A stretch of 64,000 nucleotides of DNA, taken from positions 62,001-126,000 of the forward strand of contig MU057648.1 of NCBI GenBank assembly GCA_013265495.1, given 5' to 3'. Below the pieces are notes generated by a model. The model worked only from the letters and a program-made list of their open reading frames with translations. It was not told where the DNA came from and made no database searches. The stretch's first letter is position 1, and every line of letters starts with the position of its first letter. Positions 60,596-64,000 of this stretch are shown in pieces. The DNA is from Vicugna vicugna. Its lineage: Eukaryota. Both the position numbers and the translations under genes were made by a program.

Positions 60596-62998
60596 GTGAG
60601 TGTGCCCGTGGGGGGCAGGGGGGTGTGGGGGTGCGGGGCCGGTGCTCCCTCTCTGGTTCCTAGACAGAGACGAGAGAGTGAGGGGGGTGCTTCCTGTCCT
60701 GCAGAGAAAGCTGGGCTCCTGAGTGCTGGCCGGAGGGTGGGGAGTGTGTTGTGCACCATTGTAACAGGAGCCAGAGCCCGCCTGACTCCAGACCTGCTGG
60801 CTGGTTGACCTTAGACGTGTTCCTTTACTTCTCTGCGCCCCAGTTAATAACATGTTTCCATGTTCTAAGCCTTGTCGTGAGGATCTAAGGAAAAAAAGCT
60901 TTAGAAGTGCCTGGTGGTTGGCCCTTGGGGTTTGCTGAGCAAACAGGGAACAGCTGTATCACTGGACTCCTCTGCCCCCCCCATTCCCATCCCCGACCCA
61001 GGGCTGGGGGCTGCGTGAGATCTGGGGGTGAGCATTGAGTGGCACTACTTAGGGATACTGCTTCTTATTTATCTTTTTTTCAGACTGTGGCAATATTTGG
61101 CCGGATCCATTGAGAGAAATCCAGGGTTGGCCTCTGTATGGGGGGTGGTTAGCCTCTAGTCTCCCACAGGGTCCCCGTCAGGCTCCCCTCCTACTTACTA
61201 TGCTGTGGGTCTGTGTTTGGCCCCGCTTTCTGCTGAGAGTTGAGCAGAATCTGGTGCCTCCGGTGGAGAGCAGGTGCACCAGCCTGGCTGGATGGTGGGT
61301 TTGCTGGCCAGGGGGTGGGTATCCAGGTTGAGCTGGTGGTCTGGGGGCCTTGGGACCCTGCCCATTACTCTGGGCTGTTGGGGGCCCGGGCTGGAACCAC
61401 GTCTTAGTGTGGAGCAGTGGTGATGTTTGGTGGCAGCCTGCGGTCTCTGTGGGAGAAAGGCGGGTGTGGTCCTCAGCCGCTGGCGTGCCCACTCCCTGGG
61501 GTGGGTGTGTGTGCCAGAGCCTGTGCTCTCCCCTTCCCCTGTCCTCCCTGCCTTCCCTCCTTCCTCTCTGGCCCTCCCTCTCTTTCCTTCTCTTTGATGT
61601 CCCACCCCTGCGCTGCTCAGACTGGTCTTTGTCCTCCCGGGTGGTGAATAGGGCCCTGTGGAAGCCGGCCTCCGCACAGCTGGCCCTGGGGAACAGGGGA
61701 AGGGAACAGGCCGCCCCTTCCTCCTTCCTTTCTGGCCAGCTCACTGCCACTGCTTCCTCTTAGCAGGAGGATGGGGGACCGGTCCTGAGTTGTCGCTGGG
61801 GCCCCAATATGCCCCCTCCCCCGGTGCAGCCAGTGCTGGGCACCCGGCAGCATGACCCAGGCAGGTAGTGGGGGCCAGAGGGCTGCTCAGCACTGTGCTG
61901 GGGGGGAGTCGCTGCTCATGTGCTCCTGGGCGTGTTGAAGGCCCTGGCAGATGCTCATGTAAGGACTGGGGGTCGTTGGGGGACAGATGGGGCACCTCTC
62001 CAGCCCTGCACCCCCACAGCCCAGTTGCTGCCTGATGGCAGGATGGAGAAACAGCTCAGTGTCACGGGCGCACAGGCACCGAAGGGTTATTGTGAACGTT
62101 ACCAATTTTGACGTTGCTTGACACATCCTCCCGTCCAGGTCCCTGGAGTTGGCAGGCCTCCCTGGTTTTGGGGGCGGTGCTGCTTAGGCATCGAGGCACT
62201 TTGGTCTCAGTCTCAGATCCTTGCCCTGTTTTGCTTTATCGTCTCCAAGGTTAAGGACGAGCCCCCCTGTGGCTCTTGCTTGCTCTGTGCTTCTGCCCCA
62301 AGCAGGCAGCTCTTCTGCCCATTTCTCCAGAGCTCCCTGGGGCTGAGCCAGGCAGCTGCCCAGCTCATCCCCGGTCCTCGGGTTGTGCCTTTGTCTCTGG
62401 CTTGGCCCCAGGGCAGGCTTGCTGGATTCTGAGTGTCTGTGCCAAGGCTGCTGCCAAGGCTTGTAGGCTCTGAGTGCCGTCCACCCACTGCCCCCACCCA
62501 GGCAGATGGACTGTTCCAGGGCTGCCTCTCCCAGCTGGGCCTCCAGGTGCTTGTGGGCTAGCCCTGGAGGCGACATTATACGAAAATTGTGGGATAAGTA
62601 ATGGAGGAGGCACTAGCGGCCTCTGGAGGGACAGAAGTCTGACTTGCAGATTGAGGGGGAGAGCTGGGGCAGGGGAGGGGGGCGCCAGCCAGTCGTGGAA
62701 ACATCGTGTCAAGGGCTTCCCTTTTCTAACACCTCTTGTCCCCTTTATGGCATGGGGATCGGGCTCTGGCCTCCAGGACACCCCTAACCCTTGGGACCGT
62801 GTCTAGAGCCTCACTGGTGCCCAGAATACTCCTGGGTGGGGACATGCCACATGGCCTCTTCCCATGGGCAGAGCTCTGAAGACAGGGCCACCTTGAGTTG
62901 GGGGGTCCTGATCCTTGGGCAGGCAGAACCCCCACCCTGCCTGGGTTGTCAGTGCAGTCTTTGCACCCACACTGCTGATTTGCCTCCTGTGTCCCCAG

Positions 62999-63115
62999 CA
63001 CCCAACAGACGTGGACTACAGGGTCATGGCCACCTTCACCGAGTTCTACACGACTCTGCTGGGCTTCGTCAACTTCCGCCTCTACCAGTCCCTCAACCTG
63101 CACTACCCACCCAAG
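62999..63115 (+). CDS. PES1: Pescadillo homolog, exon 7 (117 nt)
   Basis: [39 protein letters not shown]. Confidence 0.97.
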
Positions 63116-63246
63116 GTAGGCCCGGCCCAGCCCAGCACCTTCTCCTCCCCCAAAGGGGCCCTGGCCTTTCTCTCCCCACATGGAGGTGGGGGCCGAGGTG
63201 GGAGCAGTGGGCATCCTTTTTCTCTGACCTTCCGCCTGCCTCCCAG

Positions 63247-63321
63247 CTCGAGGGTCAGCCCCATGCAGAAGCGAAGACCAGTGATGACACTTATGCTTTG
63301 GACTCCGAAAGCTCTATGGAG
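63247..63321 (+). CDS. PES1: Pescadillo homolog, exon 8 (75 nt)
   Basis: [29 protein letters not shown] flanks. Confidence 0.93.
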
Positions 63322-63528
63322 GTGAGAGAAGCTGTCAGAGCACGGGCCCCGCCTCCCCCAGAAGGGTGGTTCCTGGTCTGGGGCTGGGAGTGGTCTCAGG
63401 GCTGGTCTTTTGAACCCAAACCTGCTGATATCCATCCCAGAACTGTCAGTGCCACCCCTGCCCCACCCCATCCATGCCCCCCCCCAACCCCCCAACCTGC
63501 AAGCAGCAGCCCTGCTTCTTTCCCGCAG

Positions 63529-63615
63529 AAACTGGCTGCCCTTGGTGCCAGCCTGGCCCGCGTGGTGGTGCCCACGGAGGAGGAGGCTGAAGTGGATGAG
63601 TTTCCTGCCGATGGG
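63529..63615 (+). CDS. PES1: Pescadillo homolog, exon 9 (87 nt)
   Basis: KLAALGASLARVVVPTEEEAEVDEFPADG; AG/GT flanks. Confidence 0.93.
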
Positions 63616-63768
63616 GTGAGGACTGTGCTGTCTTTTAGAAGGGGCGCGGAGGCAGAATGGGGAGGCATAAGGACTGGGAGTTAAAAGGAAGCTGGAGAGG
63701 CTCCAACCTCTGTGTCCAGTGGGGGTGTGGGTGGGGCTGACGGTATGAGCGACCCCTTGTCGCGGCAG

Positions 63769-63899
63769 GAGGTGTCGGCGCAGGAGGAGGACCGCAGGAA
63801 GGAGCTGGAGGCTCAGGAGAAGCACAAGAAGCTCTTTGAGGGCCTGAAGTTCTTCCTGAACCGCGAGGTGCCCCGTGAGGCCCTGGCTTTCATCATCAG
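63769..63899 (+). CDS. PES1: Pescadillo homolog, exon 10 (131 nt; start of BRCT domain; gene continues past window)
   Basis: [43 protein letters not shown](R). Confidence 0.95.
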
Positions 63900-64000
63900 G
63901 TGGGGAGGCTGATGACACTGGCTCTGCCACAGCTTGGGCTAGGTCCCGCTCTGGACCAGGCAGCCCTGGGAGCCTGTGGGTAACATCAGGCTGGTGTCAG

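Noticed and set aside
62791..63930. Long 297-aa (+) and 275-aa (-) ORFs
   Set aside because: Read-through of short GC-rich PES1 introns and antisense shadow; explained by exons 7-10.

Overview
Mammalian genomic DNA, most likely camelid (alpaca/camel), judging from tRNA-Ala-derived vic-1-like SINEs and artiodactyl-type L1 3' ends. It is syntenic with human 22q12.2. Left to right: a C5orf52-like gene (- strand, 2 exons visible, runs off the left edge) head-to-head with DUSP18 (+, complete 188 aa); SLC35E4 (-, complete, 2 coding exons, 350 aa); TCN2 (-, complete, 9 coding exons, 432 aa); a repeat-rich intergenic block; PES1 (+, coding exons 1-10, runs off the right edge). Exons were built by hand from GT/AG sites and their phases join into open frames. 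Main finding: between TCN2 and PES1, a CpG island with a first-exon-like donor (about 49690-50090) is followed by about 1.6 kb of non-repeat DNA (50690-52340). Its + strand frames, joined across stops and frameshifts, give the motifs of a Mab-21/cGAS-like (cGLR) nucleotidyltransferase in the expected order. I read it as a decayed, probably unitary, pseudogene of a Mab21-family gene I do not recognise. The call rests on by-eye comparison with remembered sequences and needs an HMM/tblastn test. Smaller findings: a 39-bp templated insertion of SLC35E4 coding sequence into its own intron, a probable L1 3' transduction, RFX/NRF1 motif clusters, paired CTCF motifs and DUSP18 uORFs. Repeat family names are by eye.
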